The notes beneath the pieces were generated by a model. That model was not told the origin of the DNA and made no database searches. It worked only from the letters and a program-made list of their open reading frames with translations. A DNA stretch of 63,953 bases, the filler included, from Reticulomyxa filosa (lineage: Eukaryota > Protista > Foraminifera), in the NCBI GenBank assembly GCA_000512085.1. It is 25 parts of 25 records of this genome, joined end to end, with 100 filler letters (N's around TTAATTAATTAA, not from the genome) between each part and the next. Parts side by side here need not be neighbours in the genome. Positions count along the whole stretch, not along the records: positions 51,817 to 53,162 come from ASPP01004702.1; positions 53,263 to 57,006 come from ASPP01001454.1; positions 57,107 to 62,640 come from ASPP01007677.1; positions 62,741 to 63,953 come from ASPP01040628.1; 21 more parts are not named here. One strand, given 5' to 3'. Below, one piece after another: positions 51,857-63,953 of this stretch (the stretch's first letter is position 1; each line of letters starts with the position of its first letter). Both the position numbers and the translations under genes were made by a program.

Positions 51857-54069
51857 TATTACATTTTGATCAGTTATGCATATATCAATGTTTATTCTTA
51901 ACAAACTGGTTTTCTTTTGCGTTTAATATATTAACTATAACAATTCACAAACTCATTTCAAGAACATAAACTTACACTTCATATATTGTGAGTCTATAAA
52001 TGACATAACTAACAAAAATTGATTAATAATTTATCATTTGAATTAAATGACTAGTAATTATCAATATGTGCACTTTTATGTAATTATTCTATTTTATATA
52101 ATTATTTGCTTCTTTCAATGTACGATTGTAGTAAAAATTTCAATATATTGATTTAATTCTGAATCAATATTCGCTTTGTCTTTCAATATGTCATTTCGCA
52201 AGATTCTTAGTTGTCTGTTTGTGATGAATGCAATACTAGAAAAAAGTTTCGCAGTTGAAAATAAAATTAAAACAATTAAGATATTGTTCTGCCTAGTCGC
52301 GTTAGTCGTTTGTGCTTGATTATAAAACTAGTATTATAACTTGATAATAGAGTTTTTTGGTTATAGCTCAACGTGTAATAGTTCCTTTTCCAGGCCGTAC
52401 ATTTCACAAGAAACAAATAACTACTTTCATATTTTCAAATCAAAGTCTTGTTTCAGAAAGGCTTATATGCCTTTGACACAGAACAGTTTTTGTAACCAGT
52501 CAACAAATGTTCAAAAATGGCGTTTTAAATCCAAAAACAAGTGTTGCCATAAATATCTAAAAGGACATTAGTTGTAGACGTAAGCAATTTCTGTGTCTAA
52601 GCAAACAAGCAGTAATTGAATAACATAAAAACGTTAGCATTTTTCCTCACATGAAATCTAAAACAGTGTTATTGTCAAACCATAACAGCAAGTAGAGCCC
52701 CATGTCTTGCTTTTTCCCTTGTGTGGGTCAGTTATAGACAGCCAAAATCCGAAACATTGGCAGAAAAATGAACACTTTTTTTTTCTCCTCCCCTCAAAAA
52801 AAAGAATAAAAAATTTTTTTTTATCCTTGTTGGCTAGCGCTGTCTGGTGTATCTCGGAAAGGATTGTTGTATACTGGAAAGCTGGGTCCAACTGTGCCAA
52901 AATGAATGAGTCTACGACAAATACATAAAAAAAAAAAAAAAATGGACATATTTTTATAGCACGCCTACGCTTTCTGAATGAGCCCCTCCCCTTTTAAGAT
53001 GAAATAAATAAATGTGCATTGTATATATGCATATAAAACAAGTAAATAGAAAAGTACCGATCGCCCATTTCGCATGTCTATGACAACACACAAGCGACAA
53101 ACGCAAAGCAATCCGAGAGAAGAAACAAAGTGACAAGTGGATTAAAAATCTTGTAATAAAAANNNNNNNNNNNNNNNNNNNNNNNNNNNNNNNNNNNNNN
53201 NNNNNNTTAATTAATTAANNNNNNNNNNNNNNNNNNNNNNNNNNNNNNNNNNNNNNNNNNNNAATATTGTTTCTATTTCAAACTAATTTAATTAATTAAT
53301 GAAATGCTTTGTATTAAAATAATTACTATATGATAAAAAACAATGACACAAATATCAATTTAATAAATAATAAAAATTTTATGTAATATATGCGGTTTCT
53401 CCATTTTGGGGCTAATCAGTGCTGTTATTTATAATTAAAACAGCAGACCTCATGTATGTCACGCCTTTAAACGACAAAAAGTCATGTCATATCTACTTTA
53501 AGTTGTAAAGGCTATAAGTACACATACTAGATACCTTTAAATTTAATAGAACACTTTGCCACTACTAGTCAGTTTTACCCTTTTGACATAGTCTAGTATT
53601 GTAGTTACTAGTCATCGCAGTAGTATGACTGGAAAATGCTAGATAAAATCCAGAACGATGATCTAGACTAACTACAATGTACTAGTCTATGATAAATGCT
53701 TTCTATTAACAGGTTATCCCCGCCAACTAGTTAATACGAGTCCACATGCAGCATTTTTTAATAAATGTGTTTAGCTATACACCTAATATAAAATAATAAA
53801 ATAGATTAATAAAATAAAAAATAATATATATTAATATGAGTCTTGGCCTTAGCTTGAACTTGAGTTTAGTCTTGTATTAGTCTTAGTATTATTCTTTTAA
53901 TCATTTAGCAAAGTAACAATAGTAAACTACAAGTCTATGTTACCCCATTTCGTTTCCTCCATCATATCAATCATTGATTGTACATATCTAATAATGTGTA
54001 TGTAAATATGAAATCCAAATCATATATATATATATAACATAATCAAATATACAAATAAATAAATAACTG

Positions 54070-56926
54070 CTTGAAACGTTCAACTGTACACCATATTGAC
54101 TTTTGAAGATCAACGACTCAATCAAAAAACTGTAAATTGTGGTTTTTGTTGTTCACAAATTGTGCTTGTGAACAAATTGTTACAGTTTTTGTCACATCTA
54201 AATTCAACGCTTATTATAATTAGTCTGACAATACAATCAGTCTAATCTGTATTTATATTTGTGTTTGCATGGCATTTGTATAATGAAGTGCCAAAATGAA
54301 ATAGCAAAGCACATCAACATACTATGTTTTTTGATCCATTGAAATTTTCTGAAATCGTGTTGTAGTCAGTGATGACAATTGACTACCACTCTTGACCAAA
54401 ATACCATTTAATGATCACAATGTGAGTTTCCAATTGCGCTGTGTTGCAAGTAAATATTATCAAGTTTTCTTTTAGCATTAGTTCTTTTTTCTATTCCATT
54501 TTCAATTCTACATCATTACATGTACTTCCAATTCGTTGCAGTTTTCGATAAAGTGCGTTGATGTTGTCAACATCGACGACAACATTGCTTCTTGTTTGTC
54601 CGCTAGCTGACCAAATTGATCTTTTATTTTATTTTCTTCTCTAAAAAAAAAACAAAACAAGCAAATATTTTTCCATTTTTTTTTTTTTAATAGAAAAAAG
54701 TATATGTTTGTAATTAATCTTGAATTAGTTCTAGCGACTTTTGAATCGATTTGATCATTGCATGGGCCAAATTGATATTGATGACTTGCTTCGGCAAAAA
54801 TTAGATATTGAGTGCATTCTGATACATGACCGAACTTGTATATGCGGACCAATGCTCAACCATGTGCTCCCATTCCACAATTTTGGTATTGAAGTAATAT
54901 GCTTTCAATTCAAAGTCCATTCGCACATATAATTTCTGTTAGTATGACGCCATGTTCAAGGTGCTATTCTCGATCATCATTTGCGCTACATGAACATTGG
55001 TAGACTTCACGTCATTGATCAACAATAAATAAGTGTCTCCAAGTTTGACACTAAAATTCATTTCGCCAAAATCCTTTATTGGCTTCGTATTGTCCAATTC
55101 TTCACACATTCTTTTCAATTGCTGTCGCTGATCCATCTCTTGTCTCGATATGGTGGTTGCATCGCTTTGTGCCTCCAGCTAGCTTGGAGGTCGTACTTGC
55201 ACTTGTGATTGCATTTGACTTTCAATTAGCTCTTTTTTTTCTTCAGTCCCTTCCACTTCCAGCGATGGTGGAGCGATTGCATTCAAACTATTTGTCAATA
55301 GACTGAAATCGCTTTACACAAATCGCAAATTTATATTTGTGATTTCCACAATGCCATTCGTTCCTGTACAGATTTTATTTGTTTATACATAATATATGTA
55401 TATATATATAATAAAAACGTAGTGATGTTAGAAAGAAACCTATTGTATTGGCTCAATGGCACTCGGGTATTGATGGACACTTGCATCGATTTTAAACGGT
55501 TCAATGATCTTCGCAACTCCTTCGCGCATTTTAATTAAGATGGCTCCGTTTTCGTCCACAGACATGAGCGCCTGGTAGGCCTGTATGTCTGCAATTGTCG
55601 CTTAAATCTTCAGCAGCGTCTCGGGATGCATTTCGATGTCGCTGTTCATCTTCCACGTCAACATCAATGCCAACGACGTCTTTTTGCGATGGTGGCGAAC
55701 CATCCTTACCACCGTTCGGGCAATCTTTACACTTACACGCACAACCATAGTCGACGGAGCCTGCTTATTGGCATTGTCTTCGTCCAAATACTCGGATTTG
55801 GTCTCAGTCACCGATATCTCTTCCGTTGCTGAAGAAAGGGGCATACTTATGCTGGCGGAGTTATGTTGATGACTCAATGCATCGCTAGACTCGAAAATCA
55901 CGCTTTGTCTGCTCGCCCTACTGGCTCTGGAGCCCCAGCTAGCGTCTAAGAGTTTCAAGAGATGTCGTGGCAACGGCTTCAAGTCCGCAGGCTGAACAGA
56001 TGTAAAGTTTATTAAAGTCCATAATACACTTCCAAAAGTGACACAAAGTCCTATTGTATATATGTGTATATGTTATGGAATAAATCTTACCTAAAACATC
56101 CACAGTAACGTCGACTGTGTCATTTTCCATAGCCAAATGAACCAAGATAACCTCTTTGTTTTCCCTTAATCTTGTCATCACTGGAGAAATCAGCAAAGCT
56201 CACCAATTGACGGTACTGCGTCAACACGTTTTTTTGCCTTGTGTCAATGCTCACATCTTCCAAGAACATGTCTTTCACGGAAACGTCAACGGTCAAAATG
56301 CCGGTGGGCGGCATGGCCATCTTTGCTTTGATCTCTTGAATCGTGAAATCGATCAAAGCGTCTTTGCGGTCTTTCGTGGTGCCATAGCCTTTCAAGACAC
56401 TCATGCGAACATTGTCGATATTCAGCGATATGTTCACACCTTTGGCCATTTGCTCTTTGCCTCTTTCGATGGCGGCTTTTTCCAGTCGCTGTCGCTGATT
56501 CTCGCTAATGATTTCGTTTACTCGTTGTTTCGGATAGATGTATTTGGCGATTTGCGATTGCTCCATTAAATTGCCGCTTATGAAATGCATCAAAAAGTCG
56601 TACTCTTTTTTGGATAAATCCAATGTCCAATCTGCGATGCTCAAGCCAATGTTGGTGAACTCATTCGAAAGATGGACGTCGATTTGCCGCAGCTGGAACA
56701 ATGGGTTGAGTTCTTTCCTCTCTTCGAACAGGACGCCCATTTCTAAATTCTTTAGCTCAACGTGCAAACTGTCGTTCTTCAGCACGTCATTGCGCACGCG
56801 TAATTCGTGAAGCACTCCTTTTAATTGTTCGTTAGAGGTCGTCGCCTTGGGTAAGATTAATATCAAATTGCAAATCGATACATCCATTTGTGGCAGTGCG
56901 TTTTGTGTTTCAACTTCTTTATTCAT
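54070..56926 (-). CDS. VPS13-like lipid-transfer protein, internal fragment with several frameshifts (sequencing errors or pseudogene)
   Basis: LDLSKKEYDFLMHFISGNLME, LIDFTIQEIKAKM..LTVDVSVKDMFLED, LLLINDV, AYYFNTKIVEWEHMVEHW (VPS13 YYN...WEP..EPW motif, manually translated near 54860-54900). Confidence 0.65.
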
Positions 56927-59900
56927 TTTCTGTTATTTTATATACCAAACGTAGGAGTAATCATTTTATTGAAAAGAAGGAGGGGAAGGGGAAGGGGAAG
57001 GGGAAGNNNNNNNNNNNNNNNNNNNNNNNNNNNNNNNNNNNNNNNNNNNNTTAATTAATTAANNNNNNNNNNNNNNNNNNNNNNNNNNNNNNNNNNNNNN
57101 NNNNNNTGAATACTTTCGTTTTAAATATATACTACATATTTTCGATTTAGTTCATGTATGTAGAATTTGGAGTGAAATTCAATATTTTGATAGCATTTTG
57201 TTCAAACTATTTTTTTGATATAATTTATTTGTAGCTTTTTGCATTATATTGCTGAAATATCCAATTTTCATTATCTTCTAAACAACAATTAATGCTTTTT
57301 GAGCATTTTATCAACTATAATTTCTTTGTAAATATAATCATTAACACATCAATTAATGTTACACTCACAAACATGTATTAACGCTCCAAAGCAAGACCAT
57401 ACGATTATGCTTGTTTTTTTTTTAGATGTGTAAGTGGATCACAATTTGTATCTGTGTGTTAGGTGCTTTCTTCACTTTTTTTAATACCTTTGTTTTTTTA
57501 AAATTGGGATATTTAAATTATTGTTTATTGTCCATGCGATTGTGTTATTTTTGTGGTAGAATGAATTCGTGTTTGTAAAAATTGACTACATTCGTTTTTC
57601 AATGTTGTCCTTGGTCCGATTGACCGTATAGTCTTCTAGGCCGTGTAGGCCAGGCAACTGAATTTATATATTGCATCGTCGTGAGTGATTGGGTCTTATA
57701 TCACATATTCTGCAATTGATAGCATCCACAGATTTGGACAATCATTATAGACTCCTCATTAGTGACTCGACTTATCTATGGCCAGCATATGTAGTGTGTC
57801 ACATGGATATAGCATGCCTTGTGATGTATTGAGTCCCCATTTCCATTCATGCGTCTAGTAATTTGAAGATATGACGTTCAAGACAAAATTGAGCTTGCGA
57901 GCCCCCAAAGGACAACATCAACGATCATACAACAGTCTTATCAGCATAGATTTCCTGTTATCTCAGTTTAGTTTCAATCTGTATGTTCTATTGTGTTTGG
58001 TTTTATATTTCAAGTCTTCATACTTTCGACATTTGTTTGCTTGGAACAGTTTGTGATAATGTTGTTATTCCTCAAGGTTCCTGCATTATTTATTAAGTGA
58101 TATTTTACTTTTATTTTTATTAAGTTATATTTTAAATTTTATTAATTAATTTTATTTTTATTAATAATGTCTACCTGTATTTTCCAGGATTCGGTTATAC
58201 CAAATATGTGGACTAAGCATATGCATACGTTGATTGTTGCATTTGTCAGACTTGCTGTTTTTTATTCAATATTTCCACATCGTATTTTTGAAAAAATTTA
58301 CTGAAATCAATGAAATAAAACACAAACATAAATGTATATATATACTTACAATACTTTCGCAACTGGATCTTATCGAATATGTTATCGAGCATTTGCATAT
58401 GACTTGCATGCACAACGTATTTAATAACCATATGTGCTATATGCATAACAAAAGTATGAATGTTTTTCTTTGAGATAGTGAATAATAAAAGAAACAACTA
58501 CTAAAAAAAAAATGTCAAGTGATTGTGAAAAAAAGGAGACAGTGCATGTCCAACCATCTCTGAATGTGTAAACTGCTTAAGTACTGTAATTCTTAGTCCA
58601 AGGAAAATTAGCGAATATCATTTAAAATATCAATACATTATATTGGAATGCACATTGTATACGAGTTTCTTCTTTGTTTGATGACATTATACCATTTCGA
58701 TATTTCAAGTCTTGCATGTTTGAATACTATGTTAAACCTTCTTATCTGTCATTGTCGAATTGTGACTTGAATTCGTCATTTTCTCTTTGATGTAAATCGA
58801 AGGACCATTTGTACATGTCATGCGTTGTAATGTCACAGCACATGCTACTGTCTTAGAACTAAGTATCTTGGAGAAGTTATTAGAGATTGTAGCTTTGCCA
58901 GAGACAAACAAGAGAGCCCACGAAGAGTGGACAATGTGTTTCAAAGAAGGATCAGTGACATGATAGAGTTTTCAATCAATTGAAAATCAATCTATGAAAA
59001 GGGATGATGTGGAGTGAGAAATCAAGAAAACGGAAAAAACTCTTGGTGTTCTTTTTCTTTTGTGGCACAATAGCCCTTTTTGTTTAAAGTTTGAATAAAG
59101 CAAAAAAACACTCATTACACAACTTTGCCGATACAACACATATCAATTGAAATAACAATTTTTCATTTTTGATTCAAATTACAAGAATAGTGAATTGTGA
59201 AAAAACTCCTTAAGAGAAAATTTTGAACTTTATCAAAAACATTAAATAAATTGTGTTGTCGACATATTATTTTTGTATGTCTTTTTCATAGTCTAAGGTA
59301 CATAAACAACAGCTGTAACACTTTTACTTTTTAAAATGAAAAACTGCTGAATACATTAAAATAAAAAAAATTGTTTTAAAAAGTATAGAGATAGCTTTTT
59401 TTTAACTATTTTGTGTACGTATCCAAAAGTATATAACTTTTATGTGCAAAAAAATATACTCACTTCTGGTGCATTTTATGTAAAGGCGAAACTGGAACAC
59501 AGAATCAAACAAACCCACTATTGCATTTGTGATTCTCCCTATATTTTGTTTGGATCAATGCTAAGTGTATGGTCTCGTTATTGAATTCGTAAAATAATTT
59601 TCTAATTTGTTTCAAATAATAGATTCTCGATTATTGATATCCGTATCAATATTTTAGGAGTGTAACAATGTTCGATATGATGTCAATTGTTTTTCAAAGC
59701 GATTGTTCACAAGACAATCACAATACCTTTGTCTTAAAAAAAATTAATCAAAGTTATATCAGTAAACCAGTTTTACGATCTTTTTCAAATTATAATATTT
59801 TTATTTGAAATTTAGTTGGCATGATATTATTGAAGAATAAGTTAAAAAAAAGAGTTTTGTCGTGATAATTACACTTTTTTTTTAACAATTTATTTTCAAT

Positions 59901-60425
59901 TTTTTTAAAAAACAAAATTCTTTACTTTTTTCATTAACAAAAAAAGTTTACTTAAATGTTGCCACATGCCTTTGAAGCAACAAAACATAACTAACGAAAA
60001 AGGCCAAACAACAAATCAGGCCTAAAAAATTAGAAAGAAGAGAAATTAATTACTCTTCATCTTTTGGTGGGCATAACTTTGCATTAGTTAAATTGATGAT
60101 CTTCAAATTTAATTCTAATAAGCATCCTTTTCAATACGAGTGTTCATACGCTACAAACAACAAACATAATTCTTTATAAACATTTGAAATTTGAGTTTTT
60201 TTATTTATTTGAAATCTCTTGACTTGTGTTTATGTATTTTTTTTGAAATGAATATTATTAATGATTCTTTTATCTTGCTTATTTAAAACAAGAAAAATAT
60301 TTAAATTGAAATATTGATATTAAAAAAGAGAAGTTACTTAAAATACATAACGTGATTGGTTCATGAGGAAAAACTTGCCCTACCCAGCTTACTCAAAAAA
60401 AAATATTTTGTCATTAAGAAATATA

Positions 60426-61817
60426 TTATCCCCAGATATGAATAATACCACTATCTGTACCATAACACAAATTAATACCACAGACATAATTGCAATTGTT
60501 CTTCTTTTTTAATTGTAGAAATTTAAGACATCTTATTCCTTCATCTTTTCTTTTATATCCTTTGATCACATACAATTCATTCTTATTTGATCGAATATCC
60601 CAAAAACGAATTGTATTATCCCATGATCCAGAACATATCACATTTGAACTACCACTAACTTCATTATTATTCACTGTAAATAGTGAATATTCAGCAGCAA
60701 TCACCCTATTTTCATGTCCATTGAATACTTGAATTTGTTGACCAGATCGAATATCCCATAAACGAACACTTTTATCACCTGATCCAGATAATATTGTATT
60801 TGCACAGCCAATATTTCCTAATTCATTTGATCCATATTTTACACTCATAATCCAATTTTCATGTCCTTTAAATACAATCAATTGTTTAGTTGTTTCAATG
60901 TCCCATATTCGAATGGTTTTATCATCTGACCCAGAACAAATTGTATATCCATTACCGCCAATCATGCCAATACTATTACTTTTATTACCATTGTTATTGC
61001 TTTGCAATGGTGAGATATCAACACACCAAACGGCATTTATATGTCCGTTAAAAATATGTAGTGATTTAGATGTTTCGACATCACATAAACGAATTGTTTT
61101 GTCTTCAGATGCAGAACATAAATATCGACCATTACTAAATGGCGAAAGTTCAATGCCACCAACACCACCAGTATGTTGATCAAATATTTGGAATTGCTTA
61201 TTTTCTTTGAAATCCCAAAAATAAGTGTTATTGTCATATGATGAAAAACAAATAACATTACGATGATAGTTATAGTAATGGTATTGTGAAAATTTCACAC
61301 AATATACATTACTTGAATGTTTATACAACGATTGAATTTGTTCGTTGCTATCAAAATCCCATACACGAACTGTGTTATCTTTTGATCCAGAGCAAATGAA
61401 AGTGATTACTATCAAATGTTGAACAATCAATACTCCACACCCAATCTTTGTGTCGATGAAATGTTTTGAGTAATTTAGAAGTTGAAGAAAACGAATCGAA
61501 TATGAATATAGTAATGCCTGTATTAATTTGATGATATGAATAATAACACAATACGCATTTGATATTTGCTTTTTATTGAATGAAAACAAAAAATAAAGAA
61601 ACATAACATAATTGAAAACAAGTTTATCAAAATCACGGATCCATCCAAATTTTATGTGCAATATTCGAATCAAATGTTGGATAATTGTTTGGATCTCTTT
61701 TTCGTTTGACTAATTCGTACAATAAAAATCTAAAACAATCAGCTCACTTAAACTTGACAGAAAGCTTACCAATGCTAGTTCAGTTGAAATTTGTTTTTCA
61801 TTTTTAATGACGGTCAT
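60426..61817 (-). CDS. WD40-repeat protein of an expanded lineage-specific family
   Basis: Repeated ICSGSxDKTIRIWDI units and the family N-terminus IIQHLIRILHIKFGWIRDFDKLV; introns are probably present near the 5' end. Confidence 0.88.
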
Positions 61818-62302
61818 TCTTTCAACTTTTTTCTCTTCACTTGTTTTAGCTGATGTATGATGAAAAACTGTTTGAACTTTTTTTTTTTTTTTAAGATCAA
61901 CGAAAGGAATGTAATTTAAATTTTGTAGCTTGATTCTTTTTTTCATATTTGTTTTGAGTACTTTGATTTTTAATTTGTGATTTCCAGAACAGTTATTTAA
62001 CAAGAATTCCCAAAAAAATGGAGAAGTGGAAGCACAGCAGAACGCTAGCTGTCACAAAATTGCACTTTACATTTTGAAAAACAAAAGCTAACAAAACATC
62101 ATCTTTTTTTCAGCAATTCAAATTCTTTTTTTATTTTGTTTTTTCTTACCACATGTACAATAAAAAAAAAGAACTCAGCTTTATCTTGAAAAGCCTCCCC
62201 TGATTATTGTTTACATCAGATCACAGCTATAAGCGCACAAAGTAATATTAGAGATATTTTATATACGAATTCAAAAAGAACAAGTCTCAAATGAGAAATT
62301 AC

Positions 62303-62640
62303 TTATTTTTTCTGTTGGAAAATAATGTCATAATCCATGGTATCTTGACTTTCCACACAATACCATTCACTACTTTTATTGCTACGAATTTCTGTCCTAA
62401 TATCTTGTAACATTTGCTTGAATGGATATCCACTTTTATACTTTAATGTGACAACATTGTTCATATATTGACTCAATAATGACAAGTCAGCTACCCGGTG
62501 TCCTTTTGTAGTTGACCAAATGGTTAAAAATCCATCGTCATTATGTCCATGTAATACTTCATTTCCTCGCATTACAAGTTCATAAGATTTTGGAACATTT
62601 TCACCACGACAAGTATCAATGATAAAAATTTTTGGAAAAT
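62303..62640 (-). CDS. Caspase-like (clan CD, C14) protease C-terminal half, 5' truncated
   Basis: The frame extends upstream of the listed ORF to give FPKIFIIDTCRGENVPK, then DGFLTIWSTTKGH (p10-like D.L..ST..G motif). Confidence 0.8.
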
Positions 62641-62797
62641 NNNNNNNNNNNNNNNNNNNNNNNNNNNNNNNNNNNNNNNNNNNNTTAATTAATTAANNNN
62701 NNNNNNNNNNNNNNNNNNNNNNNNNNNNNNNNNNNNNNNNAAAAAAAAAAAAAAATAAAAAAAAAATAAGAATAAAAATGAAAATGAAAAGTGACAG

Positions 62798-63953
62798 GAT
62801 CTTACTGTGCAGTAAGTCATGCATGGACTTCCCCGACGTTACCAGCAGCATCGACGTTAAATGGTGGCAAACTGATTTACATAAAATCATACTGCTTTTC
62901 TTTGAGTCGACCAAATGCAGTTAAATTGGTGACACAAATGAACGTGACATGTAATTTCAGTTCAGGACAAAGCAATGTGATAACGTTTGCCGGTTATATT
63001 TCTGATGGAACATTTGCTTGTTTCACCCCGCCATGGTCGAGTTTTAGTACGGTGACATTAAACGTATACGTTAAGTAAAAAAAAAAAAGCGTAAAAAGTT
63101 GTGATTTATATATGGTAAAAACAATATTTGTTAAAACAATATTTGTTACAAAAGATAGGAGGCATTTATTCTACTCCGGATTCTTCAGTAGAGAACCGCG
63201 TGAATTATATACAAATAAAGTCAAAATTTAGTGACTTAAATGGTGCTGATGGAGTAAAACTAAATGAAATGCAATTCAGTTTTAACCAGAATGATAAGAT
63301 TACGCTTGATTTTTCAACGAAATTTCCACCAGATACTTATCCAAAAGTGTATATTTATTATTTGATAAATGACTTTACAGTACTACCATTAATAGGCCTG
63401 AATAATTATCAAGCAATAAATAATATGAACGGCACGTACACTACACCAATTTCGAACTTACTGACAACAAAAGCATGTCCTGAAATCTTATTTATCGTTA
63501 CAAATTATCCAATAAAGGATGACAAGAATACTGCACAACATCGTCGTCGTCGTCTTCGTCTTCGTCTTCGTCTTCGTCTTCGTCTTCGTCTTGGTCAGCG
63601 AAGAATGCAGCCTGGAACTTTGCCGGGTACGTATTGCGCAACGACATGCGAAAATGGTCAATCTGATGCAATTCTAAGATGTATACAGGCTAATAATTTT
63701 AGAGATATCTACAACTCGTATAGTACGTATTATCAACGAGCAGTAGATGGTTGGGCACAATATGTATTAAATAATGAAATGACATTACAAAATTATGGAC
63801 TCGATTTTGCAGAAGCAATTGCTGGAATGGGTAACTGTGTATATGGATGTTATATTGGAATGATACTTAAAGATATAGCAATGACAAAAAGAATATTTGA
63901 TGCCCGATCTCAATGTGCCATGGTGGATTCATCATCAAGTGCAGAGGAAGAAG
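62798..63953 (+). CDS. Probable secreted or surface protein fragment with IPT/TIG-like domain and (RL)7 motif
   Basis: Exon with PAASTLNGGKLIYI..VTCNF..FACFTPPW; a second exon from about 63160 is open to the window end and contains HRRR(RL)7GQRRMQ. Confidence 0.55.

Overview
This window is not one continuous locus. It is 25 short contigs joined by 24 identical artificial 100-bp spacers (N44-TTAATTAATTAA-N44, stop codons in all six frames), so adjacency across a spacer has no biological meaning. Nearly all contigs come from an AT-rich, intron-containing eukaryote. The WD40 family, PUB-like family, caspase-like gene, frequent pseudogene debris and homopolymer indels suggest a foraminiferan such as Reticulomyxa filosa (inference, not tested). 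Recognisable genes, many truncated or spliced: HSPA12-like Hsp70, Mpv17/PMP22, a 7TM-like membrane protein, a GNS/Sulf-like sulfatase, P5C dehydrogenase, an ADCY10-like soluble adenylate cyclase, a Ycf45-like protein, NBP35, an EBP/EXPERA protein, CFAP206, FolC/FPGS, a PP2A B'' subunit, a VPS13-like fragment, WD40 genes and pseudogenes, a LINE remnant and a caspase-like C-terminus. One contig (47364-48486) is GC-rich betaproteobacterial DNA carrying rsmI. The most notable observations are: (1) a 99-nt Pol III-type tRNA-like RNA with no canonical anticodon loop (41339-41437); (2) an ankyrin protein with a Legionella AnkH-like protease fold whose catalytic Cys appears to be Ser; (3) a RanBP2 zinc finger fused to FolC; (4) a Walker-degenerate Ycf45 homologue; (5) a CUE-PUB-ART-like architecture; (6) a caspase-like DTCRG protein; (7) a recurring TA-CAGT transposon end at three contig breaks. 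All family calls come from motif recognition by eye; no searches were run.
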